Shown here piece after piece: positions 12,791-32,618 of a DNA stretch of 64,000 nucleotides. Where the stretch lies: NCBI RefSeq assembly GCF_009914755.1, contig NC_060936.1; one strand, given 5' to 3'. This stretch comes from the human T2T-CHM13v2.0 reference genome, Homo sapiens. Numbering within the stretch: the first letter of the stretch is position 1; each line of letters opens with the position of its first letter. Position numbers and translations under genes: made by a program. The notes beneath the pieces are model-generated. The model was not told the origin of the DNA. It worked only from the letters and a program-made list of their open reading frames with translations, and ran no database searches.

Positions 12791-15540
12791 CAAAAGAGAT
12801 AGTCTTATAAGTAAAGTGCGTCAAAAGACATTAGAAGAGTCACCTAGGTTGTCTAATTTACCTACAAAACCTGGTCACACTAGGAAAACGATAAACCATG
12901 AACACATAGTTGTGAGCACCCAGAATAATTCTTTAAGTCTACCTAATTATATCTACATTTCTATTAACACATAGTTTTTTTCTTTTATCCCCCTCTTTAA
13001 GAGTAAGATAACTCTTCAGCTGTAATGAGACCAAATGCTAGTGAACTTATCCATGGTGGCAAAAGCTTTTAGCCATTTTTGCCTGTTTAAGTCATTAAAA
13101 TTATTTTATTACCTCCTGTTTATCTCCTCAATTAATCTTCCTTATAAAATGCATATATATACATATATATTATTCATATTATATATGTTAAACACGTTCC
13201 CTGACTGGGTGCCACAGAAAACCACCACAGTTGGCAATTAACTTGATGTTAAAACGAATTGAGTTTCTTGTTGAACATGTGTGTGCCTACTGGGGATTTC
13301 CAAAATGCAAACTTAGACTAGAATGTACTTTCCATTTTTTTCATTCAAGAGTCTTTATCAGGAGCAACCCCAATGTGCTGATTAAGGTTTAAAAAATTTT
13401 CAAGTTTTAAACCCTGTTACCCTGGTGGAGAGATCCTGGCTACCAAACAGACTTCAAAGGCACCTCCAACTTGCCCTAAGCCACAGACAAATATTTGCTG
13501 TTACTCTAGTACTAGGCAGCATAGGGCCACTTTGTCCTTCACTTGTAGGAGACCTTGAGGATAAGTATTAATCACATCATGAAAGGTTTTCTCAGTAGAG
13601 ATGAATCTCACATATCTTTTCCCATTAAGTTTCGGTCTGAAGTATGAGGATTAGTTGCAAGAGTTGAATTAAGAAAGAGAACTGAAAGCTGAGTTAGAAG
13701 AAAAGACTTGCAGAAATAAAGACCAGCAATTGGCTTTAAAAGTAAAAAGCAGATATTTTTCTCTCTACTGTGTCCTACATGTACTGAAGTACGAGCAGTG
13801 CAACTGAAAGAGAGGTGAGTCTAATTCACATGATTCGTATAGAGACAGAAAACAGTAAATGGTATGAAATTAGTCTGTTTCCTTCTGCTCATGGAGTAGA
13901 GATTTATATAGGAGAGCTGAAAGTACAGAATTTTTCAGGATGTTTAAGCTTTGGGCTTGCAGAGCAAGAAAGCTCACAATAGAAATTCTGGGCTCGAAAG
14001 AGAAATTGGCAAACAAACTAACTCTCATTTCGGCTTCTAAAACTGTTTCTTTCCTATACATTTAGATAAGAAAAGGCATTTCTAACATGAATCAATTGCA
14101 AATGTGGCTCATATAAATTCCGACTGTGTCTCTCATCATCAGTGTCATTTTTGTTTTTAAATAATGACAAAGCCATAATTAAATAAGATAAAAATCCTAA
14201 GTTTCTGTGACCTTAAGCCTTTTCATAAAGAAATACTTGTTTATTAGTTCAAACTTTACTTATTGAGGAAATGCTTTGTATGAGGCACTGAGACTCTGGA
14301 TACAAAAATGGATAAATTAATAATGCATAAGATTCCAATTGTCCCCTAATTCTTGAAAATTGATCTCTATCAAAAGTGGTATTAGAAACAGCTCAAAGAA
14401 TTTTTAATAATCAAAAAAGAACATGAGGCCATTTAACTCAAATTTCTCAATGCAAGAAGTTCCTCTATAATGGCTGATGCCCATTCATTCTCTGCTAGCT
14501 CCTACAGCCTCATCAGGCAGCGTGTTTCAGTTTTAGAAAGGTCTAATTAACAAAAAGTTCTTCTGTGTTAAGCTAGAGTCTGTTCCCTGAAACTCCTAAT
14601 ACTGGCCTTAGAGCTATACAAAACAAGTCTACTTTATCTTCAACATGGAAATCCTTCAAATATTTAAGGGCAGCCATCAACTTAACTTCTATTCTCCAGG
14701 TAAATTATCTATAATGTCTCATATCACATAGTTTCTACACCATTTACCACTCTTGCTAAGTAGCAGATGACCTCTCTGTAACTCGTAAGCACATGTTACT
14801 AATGACGGTATTTTCTAGACATTTTCCTCTCCACGATGTCAAGCGAATTCTAGCCTCTATTTCTGAACCTTTCTTTTTCCAATTTTATTTTTTAATCCAA
14901 ATAAATTTCAAAGATTTTTCCATAATGTAATATTCAGATTTTAAAAGACCTAGAGTACTTTCAACACAGCTGTTGGGGAAGAAATGAAGCTGACTGAGTG
15001 GAGACAGTAGCATGAGACAGAAAAATATGTTTTTATGAGACCTATTATTTACATAGCCTCTTGAGCACCCACTTCTAATCATGGTAAAACTGGAATGCAA
15101 GACTGAAGTTCCAATGTCATTATTTTGGGAGGTGAGAAAGGGGAGGAAAGAGTCACTTCCACATCTGAATTAGAGTGTTTTGATATGACCTGCATATTTC
15201 TATAACATCTGTCATTGCATCATTTAGTTCATAAGAAAATAATATTTCTGGTTACATGCCAATGATACTGACAGGCAGACTAGCAGTCAAGGCTGAGTCA
15301 TAGAAGGGTGGGGTTGTGGAGAGCCACAGCTGTAAAACATGTAACTGTCCCTTAAGCAGCTGAAGTGATGCAGGAGGCTGACTGGAAACTGAGCAGGAGA
15401 TTAAAATGGCCTTTGTGGATGACAGCAATTGGAGTCAGCTCTATAGGTAACAGACCCTCTTGGCTATACTCACAGCACCTGCCAGAGCATCTAGAAGTAG
15501 CTAACTGCTTTATTAAGTGGGCTTTTAAAGAAGGAGAGCT

Positions 15541-15852
<312 letters not shown>

Positions 15853-18800
15853 CTAAAAAAGCACCAGAAATAATACATCACTGAACTCTTGGCTGTCACT
15901 TTCTACCTGTGCCTGGTGCATGTTTTATAAAGTTCTTGGAAAATGAGTGTGTGTGAAAGTTTTGATTACAGTACTTCAAATTGAGAATCTTTTACACGTT
16001 ATAACTCCCTAACTTGAACAGGACCTTAAGAGAGATTTTTTTAAAGCATATTAACCTGTCATATAAATTATGAGGAGTGCCTATCCCTAATAAAAGAATA
16101 AAGGCAAGTCCCGAAAGGGAAGCCAGAGGAGGGCTAGAAATCTAACTTGTTCACTCACTCACTGTAGAGCAACCTCTTAACAGAATCACTTGGAAATTCC
16201 TTCATGAATCTGAAATACCAACCAGATGTAGGTGGATACATTTCTTTCAGTTTTGATAAGACATTTTACTTTAAGCTCATACTTGTATCTTACCATAACA
16301 TTGCTGTCTAAAAATATCTTTAAAAACATAGTTCCTTATCTTGTACTTGACATTCATAACACAGTTCAAAAAGAATTTGTAAAGTCTCAATAAATATGTC
16401 AAACTAAATATGGAATGAAGAGACAAGAATTGTTCTTTGTACCTCTGATTTGTTCACTTTTATCTAAATCTAACTCCCACTCTATTATTGCCTGTCTAGG
16501 TAGATGACTGGGCTACTGCTTTAATGAGAAGACACAATTCTTGTGTTCACGTTATCTACTATTAAATGCCAAGACTGATGTTGTCCTCTAACTCAATGTC
16601 TGTCCAAAAGCACTAAGCAAAAATGTAGACCCTCAACGCTCTTGGAGACATTGACAGTTGACCAAAGTTAGTACTGGAAGTCCCTAACTTACGACTGGGT
16701 TGTGCTCTAAAGATGTATTTGTACGTTAGTTGTCTGGGCTTTAGAAGGCATTTTGTGTCCATTTTGTTTACCACCATATCCTTGGAGCCTCGGAAGGTGC
16801 TAGACATATAGAGGCACCCACATATTTGTCGAGTGACAGGATGAACTGGCCCCAAAAGTCTACTTCACTAATAATGTAATAGAATTATATGATTATTAAT
16901 AATAGCACTTATATAGTACTTAGCCATTTATAAAACACGCTTATATATGCTTTATCTTAGTCTTTCTCACATTGATCCAACTTACAAAGGAAGAATCCAA
17001 GGCCCCTAAAATACAGAGATAGCCTTTTAGGGTACTTTCGAGATTTGAGTGTGCAATGAGAGAGATGGAACTAGACAGATAATAGTGGAAGTGGAGAACC
17101 AACTTAAGAGCTGGCACCATCAGAGCCTGGTGACAGACTAGAGCCCAACTCACACACGCAGACTGCCATATTGTGTCTAGTATCATTATAAATATAGATA
17201 AAATGTCACCCATTAATACAGAGACTCAGAAAGACTCAGGGACTCCTCGCCTTTTTCCTCTGCCTTCCTTTTCTTTGGCAGTTAAGTGACATCCTTATGT
17301 TCAGTGGCTAAAAAGGGTGCTCCTCTTACAGTAGCAAGAAATAAGATTTCCCTAAAAGAGTTTCACCAAAATTATGGGCTCCTGCCTAGCTAGCTGAAGA
17401 CTCAGTGATCTTGCTAAGCAGTGTCCAACACAAGCCCTCTTCTATTGGAGTCGTTGGATGTAAAATATTTTCTTAAGTCATAATCTATATTGACAGTTAA
17501 ATGGGATATTCAAAGGTCTTGACCTAAGCCTCTGAATCTGGACATAAATCCTCTCTGTACCTTTTCTCACTGTAGATCATTCAGCCTTTGCGGAAACATT
17601 TCATGGGATGAGAAACTGAAAGGAATTCATTTGGTCTTTGGATACAACAAGTTTTTTAGAAAGTTATTTGGTCATACTCTTGCCTTTTGAAAGCATCAGA
17701 GCCCATTTAATCCCTCTTCAAACATCTAAAGAATGCTAGCAATTCCTGAACATCCATAAATCCTCTCTCATAGGCGAAATATCCCAAGTTAATTGTTCAT
17801 TATATAACGAGGTTTCTCATTGATCTCACCAGTTCTGCTCAGCTTTCTCTAAATAGGAATATCTTGACCTGCGCATAATATTCTAGCTGTGCTTGCCTAG
17901 ACGGGAAGACAGAAGGGCTCTTCTCTTGTTTGGAGCATTATTCTTCCATGAATGTAGCCTAAGATTGCATTCGCTTTTTTGGCAGTCATGGTATACTGTT
18001 GACTCACGTTGATCTCAGTCAATTAAAACCTTCAGGTCTTTTTCACATGAATGGCTGATAAGTCCACCTCTCTGGTGTAGTACAGCTGATTTTTGTAAAA
18101 AGGAATTAATATTTATCACTGTTAAGTTTAATCTCATACATTTTACTCAAGAATCTTTCACACTGTCCCCTGAGTTTTCTTTCTTAAACAGTTCTGATTA
18201 TGTTATCTCTACTCAGAAAAACTGTTGATGGATCTCCACTACCCACAGGATTGAGTCCAAACTGCTCCCCGTGGAGCACCCAGGGCTAGCTTCATCTTCC
18301 TCTGTCTCCCTTTCTTCCCCACCCCTCACCACACCACCCTCTCCAACCACTCTCAGGATTGGCTTTCCTTACACAGGTGCACTTTTCCATGGAACTCCCT
18401 GCTCTACCTTTCAATTATTACCCATCCTTTAAGAGACAACAATTTAAAGGTCCCAATCAGACTAACTCCTTAAAGACAGGAATATACTATAATGAGGTAC
18501 AGGTAATAGGGAAGAGGCACAGCTCAGAAATTTCTCACAAAAAAAAGTTTATTTTGTTTGTTTTGGCAAGGAAAATAATATTTAAACCTCTCTCACCGAA
18601 GAAAGTTTTCTCCCTTAACTAGTTTCTCCTCCCAGCTCCAAAAATGCAGGTGAATTGAATGTAGCTTAGCAGTGCTTATGGAGAGAAAGTAACAAGCTTG
18701 GCCATTTATCCCAGTAAGCCAAATAGCTGCACAAGCTTGTCCACAGTGTCATAAGGCAGTTGTTTTTCAGAATCACAAAACAACTCCCCATGCAACGAAC

Positions 18801-20569
18801 TCAGCATTGTGACAAAGAGCCCAGCTGGGAGCATAAGGCACCCTTCCCAATCATTTCCCATATTGATGAAAAACTAAGCAACGCCCCCCCTCCAAGTGAA
18901 CCTTCAGAGGCACCTTGCACTGTTTTCCAGGAGGTGGTGATAGATCTGTACCTTTCCATCTAAATGGGAACCCTTTGTGCTAGGCCTTTGCATACTGGGA
19001 ATAGAGCCTGTGGTTTGGATTTGCAGAGGGATGTAACCCATGACATCGTCCTTGTTGAGAAATCACACCGACCAACTGCCTGCCCGAGGATCTGTCATCC
19101 TCAATGGCTAACTTATGAGACGCTTATCAAGGCATCTCTCCAACACACTATTTAGTGTGTCTGCACATCCCTTATTCTGCCATAAAAGTGCTTGAAACCA
19201 TACGAAGCAATACAAAGTTGTTGTCAGTAACAATAACAACAATAGTGGAAGAGTTGGTTTACTTGAGCAATAGCTATTGAATATGTCAGGCAGCACGTGA
19301 GATGCTAAGGCAGTGTTTCTCCAAGTGTGGTCTGGGCTACTTTAGGGAGCTTGCTAAAGAATGTGGTAAGTGCTATGACAGAGGTGAACATAGGATACTG
19401 TGGGTGCACACATGTGATGTACGTGTACACTGCACCTAACCCAGAATATTGGTGCAAGGTGAAGTTTAAGCAAATTCCTTAAGGATGAGTGGGAATTATC
19501 TAGTATTTCTCCATCTACCCCTAAATTATTTGAGTGACTTAACTAACTTAAATGAATGAGAGGCAGGATTAGGGGGAGGGGATCAGAAAAGGAGAGCCCT
19601 CCCCCACCAAGCCAAGGAGGGTCAGAGAGTGAGAAAGAACATGGCACCTGAGAGTGATCCAAGCAGCCCAACAGATCCAGCTAGAGGCTACAGCTCAGGA
19701 GGCAGGGATGAGACAAGAGGCCAGGGGGGCATTCAGACAGGGCCTAGCAAGCCACATTCAAGAATGTGGACTTCATGATAATGCACCTGGGGAGTCACTG
19801 AAGAGTTTCAAGCAAGGAAGTAACATTTTGTATTTTTAAAATATCCTTGAGAATGCAGTATAGAGAATAAATTGGGGAGCAAGCGAGACAGAAAAGAACA
19901 TTCAGGAGAATGCCACAATTACGCAGAAGAAAAATAAGAGTGGTTTGCTCTAAGATAGTAGCTACAGGGATGGAGAGAGGCATACCCACTAAAGAGAGAC
20001 CCAAGTAGCACAATGGGATAGGACCTGGTGGATGATCGAAGCTGGCTGAAGGAGAGAAAGGAATTGAGAGAAACTCTCAGCTTTTTGCTTTGATGAGCTT
20101 CTCTGGGTTAGACAGCAATGCCATGTATACATCTATTTTCTCTGTGAAGCAGGAGGCAAGCTCTTTAGCTGAGAGTCAGCAGGGGGTTTGCAGAGATGTC
20201 AGGGAGAAGAGAGAAGCTTTGAGAGTCTCTGCAGGGAAGAAAGAGAGCGGAAGGGAAGAAGAACTTCCAGGGAAGTTTTAGGGCAAACTTGAGAGTGGAA
20301 AACATAAAGGCATCTCTCAGTATGATTGTGTTGTTATTTTCTCCAGTAGAGTTCAGCTGTCTAGCCGAAGGAGCAAGAAGGTAAACAGTGAGATTGAGCT
20401 GGGATTGGGATGCAACAGAAGGACAGGGGGCAGTGGAATTGAGAGAACTGATAGAAGATTCCAGAGAGAAAATCATGGGGGCAAGCTAAGTATCATGTCC
20501 ATTTTTACAGACAAATAGGAGCCAGAGCAGAGATAAAATAAGTGGTCTACTGGGACATAAGTTGGAGTC

Positions 20570-21320
<751 letters not shown>

Positions 21321-22121
21321 GAAGTGGAAATTAGAAAGAAAAATGGCCAGAAGCAACAAATGGGAATGAGTAAGAAAGGTGGGATGTAGGGGCAGCCAAT
21401 CACCTGGTTTTGGTTTCTGCAAACTACACTTTCTCACTACACTCCCCTCCTTCAAGAGGGTGTTCCAGTGGGCTTACATTCTTCTGAGCTTTCATGATCA
21501 TCAGAGAGGGAGCTATGGTTACGAAAGGAAGAGTTTTGCGCCCATTTGGGTGTGTTAGGATGGAGGGCAAGGATGAGGGTTCCTGGAGAGTGAGGTGCCC
21601 GGCTCTCCTGATGCAGCACCAGTTTGATGTGACCTCCATTACCTTTACTTTTTATTTGGAGGTGGTGGTGGGATCAGGGGCTATTTACTGGGACACAGAA
21701 TATGAGAGAAGTGTAGGCATCTGTTACAAAAGAAACTGGTGGAAAACCTCAAGGGCCTCAGAAGGGCCAGATTGGCTGAAATAAAAAGTAACAGAAGTTC
21801 TTGACATAGATTAAACAGTGTAAGAGGGTGATCACATCTTCTCTCTTCAATTCAACTTTAAAACAGAGAAGCCTTTTTCAGTAGCAGCCGGAAGACAGTG
21901 TCAGCACAAATGAACATGACGTCATGTAGAAAGCACGTGAATATTTTTCAAAATTATTTTTTGTTTAAGGAACTGGGATTATGAAGTGTAAAGTAACATC
22001 AGCAAACATAGCAGAGGCCTGGGAAGACTTCTGCTCCTCTGCCAGTGGCAGGAAGGGGAAGAAGAGAAGAGAAATATGACATAGAAAGAAGGGTGTTGTT
22101 CTGTTTTTGTTTGCTCATTAG

Positions 22122-22446
<325 letters not shown>

Positions 22447-23196
22447 AAGAATTTGTTTCTTAGAGATACACTGAGTGTATGCAAACTGCCTGGCACAGAA
22501 ACTGTTGTATTCTACGATGATCTCTCAATGTTGGTTTTCCCTTGTCCTCCTTAACAGAACAATTAAATATTAATATATTCAATACTAATTAGAAGATGAA
22601 TAAATTTTTAAAAAATTCTGCACACAAATTGAAATTGTGAAAGTATAAACCCTTTTACTTAAATGGGATTGTCAAAGTAGATGCTCTCCATCAAATTTTG
22701 TAAATCAAATTTCATAACATTAAGCAGAAAAATGTGTACAATGCTATATTTTAACTTTGTTTACAATACTGTGATAGTCCAGGGGCATTCCAAAAAATTG
22801 CTCCTATCGCTGAAATTTTGAGAGTCAAAAAAGGATGAAAAGTTAGATAATTTCAACATGAATGGAATATGAGGCCCTCAAAATCTGAAGGTCTCTAAAA
22901 TCAACATTTCTCTTTCAGCACAGTATTTTCAAAGTTTTCTTCCTCCTTCAATATAGCATGCCAACTATTGCTCCCTCTCCCTTTTCCATCATCATTTGTT
23001 ATCTGATTAGTACTTTGCCTTCTCCCTGCTTGTTTTAGGTCATGTTTTGAAAATGTGAAATTGCCATTCCCAACTTCTCTCTCACCTGTGATTTTAGAGT
23101 TTGCACCCACCATTCTGACTATGGTAACCCAACATAAATCAATTCATGTTGTTGCTTAATTGAACAAAAGTTGGACCCATAAATTAGTGAGATTGG

Positions 23197-23543
<347 letters not shown>

Positions 23544-23569
23544 TAACTTTAATCCTCCCCTTGGCTCAG

Positions 23570-24960
23570 TTTTTAGAACTTTCTCTTTTTTTAATCCATA
23601 CTCACTCCCTTGGCAATCTCATCCAGCTTCATAGCTTAAAATCTCACACATATGTTTGGTCCAGCCAGCTTTTCTGAACTCTAAACTCCAGTGGCCTCCT
23701 ACGTATCTCCATTTGTATGTCTAAAAGGCAACTCATACTTAACGTGTCTGAAAATGAGTTCCTGGTCTTCTTCTCCAAATCTGTTCCCTGGCACATCTTC
23801 TCTATCTCAGTAAATGGTCGTTGCATTCTTCCAGGTGCTCAAACTAAAAACATACTTACTTCTTTCTCTTACAGTCTACATCCAAACTGTCAGCAAATGC
23901 TGTTGGCTCTATCAACAAAATAGATCTAGAATTCAACCACTTTTCACCATTTCTACCTCTGTCCTCTGTCCCATGCACCATCAAGTCTAGTCTGAATTAT
24001 TGCAATAGGATTCTAAATGGTCCCCCTGCCTCTTCCCTCACCCTCCTTCCCTCTTTGGTCTTTTATTAACACACAAGCCAGAGTAATCGTACTAAAAATA
24101 GATAATATCACCCCACCACTTAAAATCTCAAAATCTCCAATGGCTTTTTTTTTTCTTTTTTCTTTTTTCTTTTTTTTTGAGATGGAGTTTCACTCTTTTG
24201 CCCAGGCTGGAGTGAAGTGGCACGATCTCGGCTCACTGCAACCTCCGCCCTCCGGGGTTCACGTTATTCTCATGCCTCCGCCTCCCGAGTAGCTGGAATT
24301 TCAGGCACCTGCCACCACGCCCAGCTAATTTTTGTATTTGTAGTAGAGACAGGGTTTCACCATGTTGGCCAGGCTGGTCTCAAACTCCTGACCTCAGGTG
24401 ATTCACCAGCCTCGGCCTCCCAAGGTGCTAGGATTATAGGCATGAGCCACCATGCCTGGCCTCCAATGGCTTCTAATATCACCCAGACTAAAAACAAATG
24501 ACTTTATAAGTAAGCCCTGAATAACATATGGTTCAAATTGGGGCTCCTTTGAGGGAATGCTAAAAATAATGAACAGGATTGAATTGATCTAGGCATAAGT
24601 TTGAGTCATCCTGGGCACCTCTTTTTGAGGGCCCGCATGCCCACACCTGCCCATCACTCTGATCTCACCTACTACACTGCACCTGGACCCCTTAGCTTTG
24701 GTATCAACCTCCTCGCAGACTGGAAGGTGCCAGGCGGACTTCCTCAAGGCCTTTGCTCTTCTCTATGTATGTCCACAACTCACCTCTACTTTCCTTTGGG
24801 TCCTTATTCGAACGTCTCAATGAGGCTTTCTCGGGGAGCCCCATCTCAACATAAGCCTCTTCTCCCCATAGCACCCATCTCTGCTTTATTTTTTTTTCCT
24901 TTGCACTTATCACTATGTAGCATTCTACATATTTTACTTATTTACTTTATTTAGCACCTT
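23570..24960 (+). mobile_element. L2 fragment (contains an Alu)
   Basis: Pyrimidine-rich L2 3'-region motifs (CTCATACTTAACGTGTCTGAAAATGAGTTCCTG, GCCAGAGTAATC); boundaries approximate. Confidence 0.55.
24145..24461 (-). mobile_element. Alu (AluS-like)
   Basis: Perfect TSD TCCAATGGCTT (24136-24146, 24462-24472). Confidence 0.92.
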
Positions 24961-27361
24961 ACATTTAAAATATGATGCAAGGTGAAATATTAATACATTA
25001 GATGACTTCATTAGAAATACTACTTAAAGTAGGTACTAACTAGATAAAAAGTACCTTCCCTCCCCGCAAAAACCAAACCAATCAAATAACAAAGCATGCT
25101 AAGTGGTACTGAAGAACTGTGATGTTCATTCCCATACAGCTTATTTTAAATGATCTTGGATAACACTAAGTGCAAAGAGCCTTCACTTGTTATATATACT
25201 TCTTCTATCTAATGTAAAAGCAGTAACTTTATTATGCAAAGTGCATACCACCATATTACAAATTATCAGTAGACTATATGTTGTATACAATACCTACTGA
25301 TTACCAGGGAAATTTAGTTTTAGTTTTTCTCTCTTTTTTTTTTTAAAAAAAAAAGATTGGCATTATAATAAAGTCTAATCATATAAATAACTTCAAGGCA
25401 AATTAATCATCCCAGCTCTGGAATAGGTTAGCTCAATAATTTTAGCTATTATTTGACTCTGTGTTATTTCAACTCACTAGGTTTCAGTTTCTTTGTCTGT
25501 AAAACAGAGTTAATATTGGTGCTTAACTAAGGAGCTTCTTGTGAGAATAAGGGATGCAGCGCACTGGGAGCACCTGGCAGGTGGGAAGGCTTCAACAGCT
25601 ATTAGCAGCCATCATGACTTGTAACTACTGCTACTGTGGAGATAGGCATGAACAGATTTCGCCAGTTGAAGACTACAAGTAGTTAACTGAACAGTCATGC
25701 TTAGAAAGCATTCCTACTCATATAAGACTTTGTTTTATCTTTTGAGAAATTCTAAATATTGCTTAACATATCATAAATGTAAATGCCCATAAAACCCCGA
25801 TTAAGTAATTTATCATTTTCTGCACACTTGTGCCATACTGACTTTATCACAAGGTATTGAAACACAGCCCTTTCCATGGCCTAGAGACAAATGAATACTT
25901 GGATCTTGAAAGGCATATTATCTACACCACATATTTGGGGGATTAAGCATGCACTATCTCATATAATTTAATGAATCAGTCCATAAGTTATCATGTTTAC
26001 TCTCTCACCCAGTAGGTTGTAAGGAGTGTGAAGGAACGGAATGTGTATAGTTTTTGTATCTTTCATGCTACTTGACTTGGCACAAAGGCATTTCAACTTA
26101 GTATAGTGGAAATAGCACTGGGCTAGAAGTCAGGAAACACAGATTTCAGCTGAGTAATTGAAGACAAGTCACTTCAACTATCTTTAGGCTGCAGATTACT
26201 CATGAGTAATATTCTTTTCCATTAACAACATTTAGATTCCTTTTCAAATGCTCTCATTCTAAGGAACACTAGCAAAAGGGGTTTTTATCAATGAATGTTG
26301 GTTTAATTAATATCCAACATCATTTTCCCATACCTTAAAACATACCATTACTGAGGCTTGGTTCCAAGATGGCTGAATAGGAACAGCTCCAGTCTACAGC
26401 TCCCAGTGTGAGTGACACAGAAGACGGGTGATTTCTGCATTTCCAACTGAGGTACCGGGTTCATCTCACTGGGGCTTGTTGGACAGTGGGTGCAGGACAG
26501 TGGGTGCAGCGCACTGAGCATGAGCCAAAGCAGGGCGAGGCATCGCCTCACCCAGGAAGCACAAAGGGTCAGGGAATTCCCTTTCCTAGCCAAGGGAAGC
26601 TGTGACAGATGGCACCTGGAAAATCGGGTCACTCCCACCCTAATATTGCGCTTTTCCAATGGTCTTAGCAAACGGCACACCAGGAGATTATATCCCGTGC
26701 ATGGCTCAGAGGGTCCCACGCCCACAGAGCCTCACTCATTGCTAGCACAGCAGTCTGAGATCGAACTGCAAGGCGGCAGCCAGGCTGGGGGAGGGGTGCC
26801 CGCTATTGCTGAGGCTTGAGTAGGTAAACAAAGCAGCTGGGAAGCTTGAACTGGGTGGAGCCCATTGCACCTCAAGGAGGCCTGCCTGCCTCTGCAGATT
26901 CCACCTCTGGGGGCAGGGCATAGCCGAATAAAAGGCAGCAGAAACCTCTGCAGACTTAAATGTCCCTGTCTGACAGCTTTGAAGAGAGTAGTGGTTCTCC
27001 CAGCACGGAGTTTGAGATCTGAGAATGGACAGCCTGCCTCCTGAGTAGCCTAACTGGGAGGCACCCCCCAGTAGGGGCAGACTGACAACTCACACGGCCG
27101 GGTACTCCTCTGAGACAAAACTTCCAGAGGAACGATCGGGCAGCAACATTTGCTGTTCAGCAATATTCGCTGTTCTGTAGCCTCCGCTGCTGACACCCAG
27201 GCAAACAGGGTCTGGAGTAGACCTCCAGCAAACTCCAACAGACCTGCAGCTGAGGGTCCTGACTGTTAGAAGGAAAGCTAACAAACAGAAAGGACATCCA
27301 CACCAAAACCCCATCTGTACATCACCATCATCAAAGACCAAAGGTAGATAAAACCACAAAG

Positions 27362-28378
27362 ATGGGGAAAAAACAGAGGAGAAAAACTGGAAGTTCTAAA
27401 AATCAGAACACCTCTCCTCCTCCAAAGGAACGCAGCTCCTCACCAGCAACAGAACAAAGCTGGATGGAGAATGACTTTGATGAGTTGAGAGAAGAAGGCT
27501 TCAGACGACCAAACTTCTCCGAGCTAAAGGAGGAAGTTCGAACCCATCGCAAAGAAGTTAAAAACCTTGGAAAAAGATTAGACGAATGGCTAACTAGAAT
27601 AACCAATGTAGAGAAGTCCTTAAATGACCTGATGGAGCTGAAAACCGTGGCATGAGAACTACGTGACACATGCATAAGCTTCAGTAGCCGATTCGATCAA
27701 CTGGAAGAAAGGATATCAGTGATTGAAGATCAAATGAGTGAAATGAAGCGAGAAGAGAAGTTTAGAGAAAAAGGAATTAAAAGAAACGAACAAAGCCTCC
27801 AAGAAATATGGGACTATGTGAAAAGATCAAATCTACATCTGATTGGTGTGCCTGAAAGTGATGGGGAGAATGGAACCAGGTAAGAAAACACTCTGCAGGA
27901 TATTATCCAGGAGAACTTCCCCAACCTAGCAAGGCAGGCCAACATTCAAATTCAGGAAATACAGAGAACACCAAAAAGATACTCCTCGAGAAGAGCAACT
28001 CCAAGACACATAATTGTCAGATTCCCCAAAGTTGAAATGAAGGAAAAAATGTTAAGAGCAGCCAGAGAGAAAGGTCAGGTTACCCACAAAGGGAAGTCCA
28101 TCAGAGTAACAGCTGATCTCTTGGTGGAAACTCTGCAAGCCAGAAGAGAGTGGGGGCAAATATTCAACATTCTTAAAGAAAAGAATTTTCAACCTAGAAT
28201 TTCATATCCAGCCAAACTAAGCTTCATAAGTGAAGAAGAAATAAAATCCTTTACAGACAAGCAAATGCTGAGAGATTTTGTCACCACCAGGCCTGCCCTA
28301 CAAGAGCTCCTGAAGGAAGCACTAAACATGGAAAGGAACAACCAGTACCAGCCACTGCAAAAACATGCCAAATTGTAA
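27362..28378 (+). pseudogene. L1 ORF1p (disrupted)
   Basis: MGKKQRRKTG...ALNMERNNQYQPLQKHAKL; premature stops at 27653-27655 and 27881-27883. Confidence 0.93.
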
Positions 28379-28441
28379 AGACCATCAATGCTAGGAAGAA
28401 ACTGCATCAACTAAACAGCAAAATAACCAGCTAACATCATA

Positions 28442-32252
<3,811 letters not shown>

Positions 32253-32618
32253 ACAATGAGAACACTTGGGCACAGGAAGGGGAACATCACACACACACCG
32301 GGGCCTGTTGTGGGGTTGGGGGAGCAGGGAGGGATAGCATTAAGAGATATACCTTATGTAAATGACGAGTTAATGGGTGCAGCACACCAGCATGGCACAT
32401 GTATACATATGTAACAAACCTGCACGTTGTGCACATGTACCCTAGAACTTAAAGTATAATAAAAAAATTTAAAAAACCATACCATTACCATAAAGCAAAT
32501 GTGACCCTTAATTATAGGTTTTGTTCACTCATGAAAACTTGCCAGGAACTCATAGTCCTTGTCACTGTCCATTCTATCAAACACAAATCCTTCAATCTGT
32601 TTTAAAAATAGCAAACCT

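Noticed and set aside
26481-26508. 14-bp tandem GGACAGTGGGTGCA x2 in the L1 5'UTR
   Set aside because: As I recall, this is a normal feature of L1PA3-5 5'UTR consensus, not locus-specific.
26348-26806. L1 ORF0-like antisense ORF (GVGPSEP...EKRNIRVGVTRFSRC)
   Set aside because: The ORF0 start is mutated (ATG>ATA at 26806-26804) and an in-frame TGA follows before 26725. The listed ORF starts at a GTG, so it is not an intact ORF0.
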